Below, one piece after another: positions 12,661 to 24,204 of a stretch of DNA of 64,000 nt. The first letter of the stretch is position 1. Each line of letters opens with the position of its first letter. The stretch spans positions 10,602,001-10,666,000 of the forward strand of contig NC_043013.1 in the NCBI RefSeq assembly GCF_006345805.1. The letters run 5' to 3'. The notes under the pieces were generated by a model. The model was not told the origin of the DNA. It saw nothing but the letters and a program-made list of their open reading frames with translations, and ran no database searches. Position numbers and translations under genes: made by a program. The DNA comes from Octopus sinensis. Taxonomy: Eukaryota.

Positions 12661-12808
12661 GAGCCACGCTGCACGACTTTACTATCGTAAGCCAGATAAC
12701 CTAACCACTAAGCCACTCGCCTTCACGCATATATGTATATTGAGAGAGAAAGAGGAAAGAGAGAGAGACAGACATAAATGTCTGTGTATGTGCGTATGTG
12801 ACTGTTTG

Positions 12809-12845
<37 letters not shown>

Positions 12846-13178
12846 TATGTATGTATGTATGTATGTATGCATACGAATACATACGTCATCACGTCTATGG
12901 TGAAAGCTGAAGCTACTCTTGCCTGGCATTCGTCATTTTCTGTTCATGCAACATTAAACATTATAGCCGCGTTTGTGTTTGTGTTGTGACATCTGCTTAA
13001 ACAGCACCTGCTCTCTGTATATCTGTCTGTTTGTCTCTATGTTCGTCTGTCTTGTCTGTTTATCTGTTGGTTTGCCTGTCTATCTCGTGTTTATCTAGCT
13101 ATCTCTCTTTCCTATACTGTCAATCTGTCCGTCTGTTTGTCTCTCGCTCTCTCTCTCTCCACCACACTTTTCCCATTC

Positions 13179-13211
<33 letters not shown>

Positions 13212-13744
13212 ACATCATGATATAGCTATAAATACTACTCGCCATAAATGCTATTCGCCATCACCATTTATGTGCAGCATAAATGCCTTTTGGTTGGGGT
13301 GGTCACAGCTCCTTCTCTACAGATTTTTGTTGTCCACCCACTTGTACCGATTACTGAAAAACTAACCGGGTCACAAGACACTGGATACGTACATCAGCCG
13401 ACAGGCGTCAACATCGACCCTACTAGCCGATTAAAGTAAAGGAATTATCAAAACAGATATAATGGCTTGCAGTATTCGTACCGGTTCCCTGCACTTTCAG
13501 TTTATATTCCGTTGGGGTTAAACCACTCAGCATTGTTCTGAGATCGATGAAGAAAGTATTAGTCAATTACTAGTGTCCATTCGTCTCTCATCTTTATTCT
13601 CTGTACCTGAGTTGTCTATCTTACTCCCTTTCTTCCACTCTGTACCTCTTTCTCACTCTCTCTCTCTCTCGCTTTCTCTGTCACCCCTTCTCTATCTGAA
13701 ACACTCATGCAGAATCCTTCACCACGATACCTTTTAATATACTA

Positions 13745-14095
13745 TTAGCGCTATGACCCAGCAAGGCCGGGTCATAGTGCTAGTGCATGCATATACAGCT
13801 GCATGCATGCGCACATACATGCGAGGACTGTCCAAATCGCCAACCAATCACATACAGCTAGCTGGCATCCAATTGGCGTATCAAGTTTCGGGTATTTTTA
13901 TTGGGTTTTGGATAGAAAATTCACAAAAAAGTCACTTCTATTGATTCAGGGTGACTGGGGAAATGTAAAGATGTGCACGACCACCCTTGGACGGTTTTGA
14001 ATGACCATAGAAAGTGCGAGCCCTCTAACTGAAAAAAATGTGGATTTGTATAAAGGCCACACTCGCAAACATTTTGCCGTTTATATATATAGAGA
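13745..14095 (-). mobile_element. Non-autonomous Helitron
   Basis: Minus strand starts A|TCtctatatatataaacggca and ends in a 14-bp hairpin (13746-13759 / 13769-13782) plus CTAA|T (degenerate CTAG). Confidence 0.7.
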
Positions 14096-14349
14096 TGTTA
14101 CACCTTCAGCTGGGCGGAGTATAACTATTCACAATGACCCTTTCTTAAGAAAGGTACAAGAGGTGGAGTGATGGCCTTGCGACTTCTATCATAAAATAAT
14201 AGAACTGCTAAGCAATGGAAAGGTCCAAGGATGGTCTGTTGCGCGGTACAGCACATAACGGAAATAGTAACAAAGAAAATAAGTGCTTGATTGAAAGGTT
14301 TTTTTTATATCGGATATGGAATGGCGAGAAGTTGAACGTGAAGAACCAT

Positions 14350-14393
14350 GATTGAAATCACGTGATTGAAGTCACGTGATTGAAGTCACGTGA
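14350..14393. promoter_or_regulatory. Three tandem TCACGTGA E-boxes in a 14-bp repeat
   Basis: gattgaa(a/g)tcacgt x3; motifs at 14358, 14372 and 14386; function not demonstrated. Confidence 0.35.
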
Positions 14394-14482
14394 TTTGAAC
14401 AATAAAAGTGCCTTACTACAGGGGCCCTAATTTGTCCGACGTTCGTTCCGTTCTAACGTATTTTTTATCTGATTTTTGTCAG

Positions 14483-14547
14483 GTTTTCGTCAAGAGTTGC
14501 GACTGACAGACTGTCAGAAGTTTCGAAGACAGAAAACAGAACATAAG
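14483..14547 (+). CDS. Candidate internal exon (xGT-FRQELRLTDCQKFRRQKTEHK), product unknown
   Basis: Acceptor gatttttgtcag, donor AAG|gtgttt, one open frame, non-repetitive sequence; no recognisable homology. Confidence 0.2.
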
Positions 14548-14569
14548 GTGTTTCCTTGCTTTCAACGAT

Positions 14570-14770
14570 GATGTCGAAGACGACGGCTATTATGTCCTCC
14601 TCCGCCTCCTCCACCGATGTCATCACTACCACCACCACTGTCGCCATCACCGCCACTGCAGCTACCGTCAGCACCAACACTACCGCCGCCGCCATCACCA
14701 CCACTACCACAACCTCTACCGCCAGCGCTACCACCACTACCAACAACAAAACCTCCATCATCATCCCTAA
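14570..14770. repeat. Degenerate (CCA/CAC)n trinucleotide satellite
   Basis: Seen directly in the sequence. Confidence 0.85.
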
Positions 14771-14853
14771 ACATCATGACCATCATCAACCTGGGTCTCT
14801 GTACATAAGAAAACAAGACGGGAATTTCAAAAAGGGATCTTTTCCAATCTCGG

Positions 14854-14995
14854 AACAAGGCCCGAAATTTTGGAGGACGGGGCCAGTCGATGTGATCGAC
14901 CCTAGTACGCAACTAGTGCTTAATTTATCGACCTGGATAGGATGAAAAGCAAAGTCGACCTCGGCGGACTTTGAACTCAGAACGCAAAGGCAGAT
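14854..14995 (-). mobile_element. SINE family M, partial
   Basis: gtcgacctcggcggactttgaactcagaacg core. Confidence 0.8.
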
Positions 14996-15361
14996 GATCA
15001 AGAATGGATTGCCTCTCAACTTATGTCTGCTCGATCAGTGTTTTGATTATTTATTTAGTTATTTCCGGTTTCTTGGTTCCTTCATTTATCGATTTATCGA
15101 TTTAAAGAGAGAGAGTGGGGAGGAGAGAGGGGGAGAGAAATTGCCGTCAACGTAAAATAATGCCTTGAAGGGTTAAGTTGGATAAAATTGAAGGCATTAT
15201 GTGTTTTAGGATTGGTAAGTATTCTAATATACATTTTCGCCGGCCGCTAAGTCAAAAGGACGTAAGCAAAAAAACACCGGCTGGCAAGCGTTGCGAGACA
15301 AATACAAACACAAGGATGTAAACACCCACGCTCAAACATATAAATATACACACACACACTT

Positions 15362-15790
15362 GTGAAAGCACTTGCTTACGAACACATTAGGAGCCGGGTT
15401 CAGTCCCACTGCGTGACACCTACTATGGGCTCGGTCAGACCAAAGCCTTGTGAGTGGACTTGGCAGACGGAAACTGAAAGAAAACCATTGTGTGTGTATG
15501 TGTGTGAGTGTGTGCTTGCTTGTGTGTTGGTGTGTGTGTGCCTGTGTGCGCGTGCGTGTGTGTGCGTGTGTTTGTGTGTTGTGTGCGCGCGTGTGTGTAT
15601 GTATGCATGTGTTTGTGTGCGCACGTGTGTTGGTGTGTGTGTGTGTGTGTGTGTGTGTTTGTGTGTGTATGTGTGTGCGCCTTTGTGTTTGTGTTTGTTC
15701 CTGCTACCGTTTGACGGCCAGTGCTGTTGTGTATGAGTCCTCGTAACTTAGAGGTTCGGCAAATGAGCCCAACAGAATAAGTACCAAGCT
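15362..15790 (+). mobile_element. SINE family O, degenerate, with expanded (TG)n
   Basis: ccgggttcagtcccactgcgtg...gacggaaactgaaag...cgtaacttag.ggttcggcaaa. Confidence 0.75.
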
Positions 15791-16123
15791 TAAATTTACA
15801 AAAAAAAACGTACTGGTGTAGATTCATTCAATTAAAAAAACATAAAAATACTCTGTGTGTGTGTGTGTGTGCGTGTGTGTGTGTGCGTGTGTGTGTGTGT
15901 GTGTGTACATAAAACTGGCTCCCATCTACCAAGTACAATGAGACGTCAGTCATCGGACTGGAGGTCCAGTGGAAAATATTTGCCCAATGTACTGAGTTGA
16001 AGGATCGAAACAGAATCTACGTGGGAGAGAAGCAAAGTTTTTCAAAAATCAGAGTCATGCCTGATCCTAGGTATCATAACTATATGGAGTGCATGAGGAT
16101 GAGAGCTAGGATGGCTGTGTGTG

Positions 16124-16157
<34 letters not shown>

Positions 16158-16268
16158 TTGGCCTGCTCGCTTAGCCAGCGGGGTGGTGTCATTCGAAGGC
16201 TAAAACAATGCGAACGCATTGTGACCAGCGATGTGTAACAACATCTGATGGACTGGTCGGTCACGTGA
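16158..16268 (+). mobile_element. 3' tail of SINE family V, ending in TCACGTGA, within (TA)n
   Basis: Near-identical reverse copy at 50400-50518; diverged full-length relative at 26044-26290. Confidence 0.75.
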
Positions 16269-16392
16269 TGATATATATATATATAAATGTGTATACACAC
16301 ACGCACACAAAATGTGTATGTGTATATATGTATATATATATATATTATATACATATATATATACATACATATATATATATATAAATATATAC

Positions 16393-16447
<55 letters not shown>

Positions 16448-16979
16448 TATATATATATATATAGATATATAATAACGATCATATTACCTGCGTGCTTTTG
16501 GCCAGAGCTTTTCATTTATTGAGTGACCAGCGGTCGGAAAACCAACACTTGTGGACTGACGCCCACTGTGTTTACGATCACACTTCTGCATGTTAGATGT
16601 CAGCCCATCGCAGCGTTTCGTTACGAAGATGCATAGTTCCCAGTTTCTATGTTTTCTCTTTTTCTTTTTCTTTTGTTTTTTTTCTTTGTTTTTCTCATGA
16701 ATATTCTGGACATTGTCCATCCGAATCCCAGATTGTCCTATTATGTTATGAAGGGGTTGAGTGGCTTGAATGCATGATCGTTTCCAATAACATCAGCATT
16801 TCGAAAACTTCTACAAGCAGAACAATAGATATACTGCATGTAGTGAACGTGTATGTCTGTGTCTGTATGTATGTATAAATATGTATGTAAATTATGGAAG
16901 GACGAGGGAAAGGATGGAAGTATGGTTAGGCAGATATGTACACACATATAGAGATCTCTCACAATCTCTATTTCTCTCA

Positions 16980-17030
<51 letters not shown>

Positions 17031-17050
17031 ATATATATATATATATCTTT

Positions 17051-17212
17051 AAAAGTAATATGTGACAATTATTCGGTAGCCATGACAAAAACTCCGAGTT
17101 TCGGATGTCGAATAATTGTCACATATTAGTTTTACAGATAAATTCCTCTATTTACATAATATCGAGGTCTCTTTCATTCTTTTGTTGTTTTACCATGTTT
17201 ATCAATATATAT
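17051..17212 (+). mobile_element. Penelope-type terminal repeat family D with an inverted partial duplication
   Basis: Perfect 20-bp IR at 17056-17075 / 17109-17128; direct relative at 61255-61415; carries the GAAACTCGGAGTT hammerhead half-motif. Confidence 0.6.
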
Positions 17213-17217
17213 ATATA

Positions 17218-17424
17218 TTACGGAGATGTACTCGCATAGCAAGTGATTTGATCTGAGATCGAGTGCTGGAACGAAAACAATTGCAGCGTGGCAGGTGTTT
17301 GTAAGCCAATTACGAAACACACAAAAGCCGTTCGATTCACTTCAACATTTAAGTTTAATTTGTCAAATATATTCGTCGCTAAAAATACGCGACCTGTTCA
17401 CTGACAAAAATCCGTGCTGCATCT
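17218..17424 (-). mobile_element. Penelope-type terminal repeat family E (second copy at 45628-45836)
   Basis: About 200-bp repeat flanked by TA/CT microsatellites; contains a hammerhead fold at 17359-17408. Confidence 0.65.
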
Positions 17425-17469
17425 CTCTCTCCCTCCCTCTCCCGCTCTCTCTCTCTCTCTCTCTCCCTT

Positions 17470-17539
<70 letters not shown>

Positions 17540-17984
17540 TATATATGTATATATATATACAAATTGACAGAATGAGATAAAAAATCCAAGGGTGTAAAAA
17601 ATTTTCAGAACATTTATACAGAAAAGGTCTGACATCTGTTTCCGAGATATCTTATATATCCCTTCATCAGAGATAGTGAGAGAAAAAATGTTTGAGTATT
17701 AATTACTGTATAGAAGATATGAAATATATATATACAGAGTGTGGTGAATAAATTGTCTAAATTCCAGAAAATTAAAAATAACTCGGACTTCTTGTTTTAA
17801 TAGATATATTTACCAAAATTACATAAATACATCATGAAATACTAAAGAGGAAATTTATTCAATAAAATCGCCATTGGCTTCAAGCACAGCCTCCAGACGA
17901 CTTCCGAATCTTTAGCAACTAGCTTGTTTAAGTTGGTGACTACTGCCACAATCCTTGCCTTCAATTCATATATAGTTAATCCAA

Positions 17985-18175
17985 ACATGAAAGCACAAAA
18001 AACACAACAACGCGAGGACGTGGAACAAATATAGAATTATTGTACGCTCAGGAAAGATGGCAAGAAGGAGGGTTTAACGTTTCGAGCGGAGCTCTTCGTC
18101 GGAAACATAGGAGAAGGAAAGATCCAGAGAAAGGAAGACAGAGGAAATCGCCAACGGTACACACGCGTGTATATA
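17985..18175 (-). mobile_element. Penelope-type terminal repeat family C
   Basis: Contains a minimal hammerhead at 18072-18106; ends at a (TA)n tract. Confidence 0.55.
18072..18106 (-). ncRNA. Minimal type I hammerhead ribozyme-like motif (CCGACGA core)
   Basis: gttt-CCGACGA-a-gagc(tcc)gctc-GAA-ACGT-T-aaac: stems I and II pair, stem III is palindromic. Confidence 0.6.
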
Positions 18176-18189
18176 TATATATATATAAT

Positions 18190-18228
<39 letters not shown>

Positions 18229-18275
18229 TATATTATATATATATATATACTTAGATTAGATAGATAGATAGACAG

Positions 18276-18307
<32 letters not shown>

Positions 18308-18309
18308 TA

Positions 18310-18360
<51 letters not shown>

Positions 18361-18424
18361 CAGATATCCATACTTATAAGAGTTTAAAGATTGTTATACT
18401 CAAATGAATCAACTCAAGGATTTT

Positions 18425-18602
18425 TTAAGGCCCGGTTCTTATTCCATCACTCTATTTTGCCACTCTACCAAATCCACTAACAAGACAATGGTCGAACCAT
18501 TGCTATAGTAAAATACACTTGCCAAATGTGCCCCGCAGTCGGACTAAACCTCGAACCATTTTCTTGGGAGCAAGCTTTCAACCACACAGCCACGCTTGCA
18601 CC
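18425..18602 (-). mobile_element. Degenerate SINE family O head
   Basis: ctaccaaatccactaacaag...acacttgcc...accacacagccac. Confidence 0.65.
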
Positions 18603-18973
18603 TATAAATAAAAAGTAGTATTATTACCGTTATTTTTAGTAATAATAAGGTGGCTAACAAGTTCACACCTTTACAGGCACAACATAAGGTAATTTAAGAT
18701 TAGGTAGGGTGTATAATACCACTTGTTAAAATCAGAGACATTGGTCCAAAAACCACCATTACTTTTTATATGTATGTATATTTAATATGTGTATATATAC
18801 CTAAATATCAAACAATGAGAATGAGTGCTTAACATCGCATTTGTGGATAAAGATTATTTATTTGTGTATTAATTAATACACAAATAAAGTGTGTGCGTAT
18901 GTGTGTGCGTATATATATATATACACATATATATATACATACATATATACATACACACACACATATATATCTA

Positions 18974-19019
<46 letters not shown>

Positions 19020-19074
19020 AAATAATAATAATAAATATAATTATTATTATTATTATTATTATTATTATCATTAC

Positions 19075-19139
<65 letters not shown>

Positions 19140-19154
19140 TTATTATATATCATT

Positions 19155-19540
19155 ATCGGCGATCTGTCAGAAATGTTAGCACGCCGAGCGAAATGCGTAG
19201 CCGTATTTCGTCTGCCGCTACGTTCTGAGTTCAAATTCCGCCGAGGTCGACTTTGCCTTTCATCCTTTCGGGGTCGATAAATTAAGTATCAGTTACGCAC
19301 TGGGGTCGATATAATCGACTTAATCCGTTTGTCTGTCCTTGTTTGTCCTCTCTGTGTCTAGCCTCTTGTGGGTAGTAAAGAAATAGGTATTTCCTCTGTC
19401 TTTACGTTCGGAGTTCAAAATTCCGTCGAGGTCGACTTTGCCTTTCATTCTTTCAGAGTCGATAAATTAAGTACCAGTTTCGTACTGCTGTCGATGTAAT
19501 CGACTGGCCCCCTTCCCCCTAAAATCGAGCCCTGTGCCTA
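19155..19540 (+). mobile_element. SINE family M dimer (tail-A monomer joined to tail-B monomer)
   Basis: Two tandem cores; junction aaagaaatag|gtatttc. Confidence 0.85.
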
Positions 19541-19937
19541 TACTACAAAAGTATATATATATATATATATATATATGTCCTACGTCCTGGTTTTGTTTTG
19601 GTTGTTGGTTTTTTATTTTTACCGTTATTGTTTTTCGTTTTTGTATTCTTATTGGTGTCACGTATTCTGTATTTTGTTTGTGTACTTCGTTCGTTTTCCG
19701 TCCTCGCGTTGTATACATCGAAGCTTTCTTCAGGGGATCTAATGCGCTTGGCTTAGATTTCCCTTGGCGGGCTGGCCATATCGGAGCAATCTCAAGATTA
19801 ATCAGCCGAAATTGCTAAGATGATCTGGTTCTTGACTGATGACTGGAGGGCTTCGAATGTCCCGTCCTGTGGTTCTTGTGTCGTCTCTGTGGTGTTTCAT
19901 GTTCTTGTCCATGTCTGGTAATTATTTTTACTGTTTA

Positions 19938-19985
<48 letters not shown>

Positions 19986-20289
19986 ATACATGTGTGTGTG
20001 TGTGTGTGTTTGCATAATAATATATATTTACATCTTAACATATTTATATACTTAATACATCAAAGACATACACATAGTTACTTTAAAGATTTGTTATTAA
20101 TTATTCTCTTGTCTTTTCCAAATATTGCTTTGTAGATTGATGTATTAATTAGCGATCGAGTGCTACTAATTAACACTTAATAATTAACTGCTGCTTTTGC
20201 CTTCATGTATCTTTACAGTTATAGGTTAATAAGAACTACGAGATGGGGTAGGGAATGGGGTATCGGTGAACCGAAATTTAAATTGATAG

Positions 20290-21000
20290 TTTATGATAAC
20301 GATACTGGTGAAGTGGGGTGATGCTGGTTGTTGCTATTGTTGTTGTGGTGGTGGTGGTAGTGGGTGTGATAGTGATGGTTGTAGTGGTGATGGTGATGAT
20401 GGTGATGGTGTTAATGATGGTAGTGATAGTAATGATAGTAGAGCTATTGCTGATGATGATGGTATTAATGGTGGTGGTGGTGACGATTTTGGTGCTAGGG
20501 ATTAGGTTGATTGGGTGATGGTGATATAAATATGGTGGCGGCGGCGACGGTGGTGGTAGTGGTGGCTTTAGGCAGTGTTAATGGTAGTTATTACAGTGAT
20601 GGTAGTAGTGATAGCAAATGTAAATGTGGTGGTGGTAGTGGTGGTGGTGGTGGTGGTGGTGGTGGTGGTGGTGGTGGTGATGATGTTGTGTCCTTGTTGG
20701 TGAGGTAGTAGTTGTGCTAGTGGTCGTGGTTGTGGAGGAGGTGGTGATGGTGGCGATGATATTGTTGATGCTGTTGTTATTGGTAGGTGGTGGTGGTAGT
20801 TGTGTTGGTGGTCGTGGCTGAAGAGATGGTGGTGATAATGGCGATGATATTGTTGGTGATGGTGGTTAAGGAGTCAGTGGTGATGGGGGCGATGTTGTTG
20901 TTGTTGGTGGTGATAATTGTGTTGGTACTGGTGGTGCTGATGGTGCTGGTGGACGCGGCGGCGGTGATGATGGTGGTGGTGGTTGTGGCGGAAATGGTGT
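20290..21000. repeat. Degenerate (GGT/GAT/TGT)n trinucleotide satellite
   Basis: Seen directly; it explains the Val/Met-rich ORFs here. Confidence 0.9.
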
Positions 21001-22819
21001 ATATCAGTGTTTTGATATCTTTAATGAAGGGGCAAGTTAATTGGAATCCGTGAAAGAGTAATGCTTGTTTTGTTTTCTGAAAACCCTTAGTTCAGGCTGA
21101 TTGGTTGGTGTTACAAGCCAGAAGATTTTTAAAGATCAAAGGAGAAAACGAAAGCGACCAAAAAAAAAAAAAAGGAATCAAAGAAAACAAATATAAAACA
21201 GGAAACAGAACAGAAAATGGTGAAATGGTAAGATAAGATTTGAGCCGTGTAGACATTGCTAATAGTTTTATAATTATTTCTTATATTTGCAAAAGGTTGG
21301 TTCTTGTTTCTGGCGTTGACTTTCCTGCGGTTCCTGCTACTGTTGTTGTTGTTGTTGTTGTTGTTGTTGCTTCTGCTGATTATCCTCGGTTCAGTATTGG
21401 TCAAGTTGGCGAGCTGGAAAAGTCTTAAAGCGTCGAATTGATTAATACCTTGCTGTCGTTTTTCCGCCTGTCTGCGCTCTGAGTGTAAGCCCAGCCGAAG
21501 CAATCTTAGCTTTAAATCCTTTCAGAGTCAATAAATAAAGTGGCATCAAATTATGAAACAGGGATAGTAATCTTGATGGGGAATGGTTTAGTTGATTTTA
21601 TCGTCCCCAGTACCTGACTGGGACTTTATTTTATCGACCCCCGTAATGATGTAAGGCATAGTTGACTTCGGCAGGATTTGACCACAGTATCGATGAATAA
21701 GATACCAATTAGGAATGATGGCGTAGTTGCGTTAATTTCCCTCCTTCACACTCCTTCTCTCTTCCTTTCTCTTCCTCTCCTCTATTTCTCTCCTCCTCTT
21801 TCTCTCGACAGAAGCGTATATCCAGGTCTGCAGCATCTTTGAAATTCTTTTCTTTATTAGGAAGAGTGAAGGAATTTATTCTATAGAGAATTTATTCTCT
21901 CAGATTAGTGGAACTTGATTATCAATTAACACAGTATGTAGCTTTAGTATAAATACATTATCCACATACACCTACACATATATGCACATACACAGGTATA
22001 TATCTATATACATATATACATATATACATATATATATATGTGTGTGTGTACGTGTGTGTGTATGTGTGTGGATGTATGCATGTGCACATATAAATACACA
22101 CGCATACATTTATGCTTATATACCTATTTACATACCTGCATATATATACGTATGTTTAGATAACTAGTTGGCTGTGTAATGACTGATAAAATCCTTAGCT
22201 TTTCAATTAATCCGGGTACCTTCTAGTGACTTTTCAGACAAATGAAAAGAGAGGGAGTTATCTTAAAGATAAAAATGATAAGAATTGATGATTTCATTAT
22301 TCAGATTTTGTCATTAAAATGGTATAGATTCTGAATTCCCTTTCATTAGAATTATATATGTATAGATGAACGTTTTTGACGCACCGTGTTGTCACTTTAG
22401 TGGGATGACTTAAGTCCAATGGCTAAAACAAGTAAAATATTATAAAAGGGGATGTATATTTCTAATTGGTTAATAACATTCTTTTGAACGACATCATTGT
22501 CAAGATTTATGAAAACAGATATGCTTGGATAATTAAACAATATTGAAGAAGAAGAAATCCTTTATTGAAAATAAGAGAAAAGAATGATCACGTCGCTACA
22601 TATGTAAATAAATATATAACTGTAGCAAAGAGACTTGTGCTGGAACCAGTTGGGTTCGAGATCATTCCAACTGCGCGGCACCTTCTTCTATACATCTGAA
22701 CCGTCCAATGGTTGACGATAACCCTGTGGAAGCCAATCGTGCAAACACACAAGCGCGTGCGCATAATGCATACATACACAAATGCACTGACGCCAAACAC
22801 TGCACATATACACACATTC

Positions 22820-22940
22820 ATGCAACAATATCCTGTTGATGCTGTTGAAATTCCAATGAAGGAACCTTGAATCTAGGCTAGAAATTTATTCTTTCTCTAT
22901 TAGCAAGAAATCTTGAAATAAAACTGAATAATAACATACA
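22820..22940 (+). mobile_element. Short ~120-bp repeat (second copy at 24470-24595), probable 3' end of an RLE LINE or its SINE-like passenger
   Basis: gaaattccaatgaagga...ctttctctatt.gcaagaaatcttgaaataaaactgaataat..catacata is shared by both copies. Confidence 0.6.
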
Positions 22941-23099
22941 TATATAGAACTATTATTATTAATTACAGAATTGTCACTCGTCACAGCTTCTACATTTAAC
23001 ACGGATACACACTCACACACACACGCGCACACACACACACACATATAGATAGAGGAGCGGTGAGGAGTGACAATTGTGTAAATAATAATAATAATAATA

Positions 23100-23134
<35 letters not shown>

Positions 23135-23167
23135 TAATAATAATAATAATATAATAATAATAATAAT

Positions 23168-23236
<69 letters not shown>

Positions 23237-23335
23237 CTTAAAGCTTATCAGCGATTACTGCGTATTAGCTAAAGAAAATAGTTTTATATTGGGGCAATAA
23301 ACCCGTGACAGTAAAAATGTATTTTTAGTACGTAC

Positions 23336-23409
23336 GGGTAAGTTGGTATAATCGGTTAGCACACTTATCGTGAATACAAGAGGTACGTGTTCAATTCACA
23401 TGCGTACTC
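23336..23409 (+). pseudogene. Degenerate tRNA-like sequence
   Basis: A-box-like TGGTATAATCGG, T-loop TTCAATT, acceptor stem 6/7 paired, T stem 4/5; anticodon arm imperfect. Confidence 0.45.
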
Positions 23410-23489
23410 GTTTTTGGCGTCGAATTGGAACTGGGGAGGAAAAAATGGATCTATTTTCGTATTCCTGATAAGAGGAATCGGTGGCTTCG

Positions 23490-24204
23490 TTCCGGCTATG
23501 CCTCCGAATCTTTTGTCAAACTAAAGCGGATTGAAAAGAATATTATATTTTGTGTTTGGTGGAATTTCGAGAGTGTTTTGTGTGTGATGGAATTTCGTAC
23601 TTTGCCAGAGGTAAAAGATTTGGGACGATAGAAGTGCAGCTCGAAAAGATAGCTACCGCCAGGCTGCATTCGACAACACCGCTGAAAATGAATGAGGTAG
23701 TTCTTCTACCCATATACCTTGGGAGGCGTGTTTCCAGGATAAGGGGGATGAAATACCTCCAGAGGTGGATGTAGCCTGGCTGGTGGCTGCTATATTACTT
23801 GGAATGGAGGAGAAGATGGTGGTCCTACAGGCAACCAGAATATCTCACAGGAACTGGAAGGGACAAACCATAACATGGTGGTGCAAATCGCGAAGGAGGA
23901 CATCTACAAAATGGTCGAAATTATCACAGTGGGAGAGTCGACTTTAAAGGTCAGAGTGGAAGGGATGATTCCGCGATGTTATAAATGTGGCCTGAAAGAC
24001 CACATTAGAGCGAAGTATCCTCCACCACTAGAAAAGGACAAGGAGAAACAGCAGGAAAAAGTGGTTGGTGCTACACTGCCCGTGGAGGAAAAGGTAAGCG
24101 AGGTGGAACCACAGAAGAAGACAGACACCAGCGTCGAGGAGGAGAAAGAATCGAATACCAGCTGGAAAATGGCGGAGGAAAAAGACACCCATGGTAAAAG
24201 ATGA
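23490..24204 (+). mobile_element. Frameshifted gag-like ORF1 remnant of a non-LTR retrotransposon (L1/Tx1-like)
   Basis: Stitched frames ...GISYFARGKRFGTIEV...LPIYLGRRVSRIR...KVRVEGMIPRCYKCGLKDHIRAKY (C-x2-C-x4-H-x4-C knuckle with the last C mutated to Y), then a low-complexity K/E tail. Confidence 0.65.

Noticed and set aside
13979-14236. 14-bp inverted repeat gaccacccttggac / gtccaaggatggtc as MITE ends
   Set aside because: The left arm lies inside the Helitron and the right arm outside it, and there is no TSD; probably chance
14465-14945. Thr/Pro/Gly-rich mucin-like ORFs (also 20293-21053)
   Set aside because: They come from degenerate trinucleotide satellite open in several frames on both strands, and they run into a SINE
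19835-19865. CTGATGA...GAATGTC hammerhead-like motif
   Set aside because: It lacks GAAA/A15.1 and a credible stem I or III; at most a decayed relic
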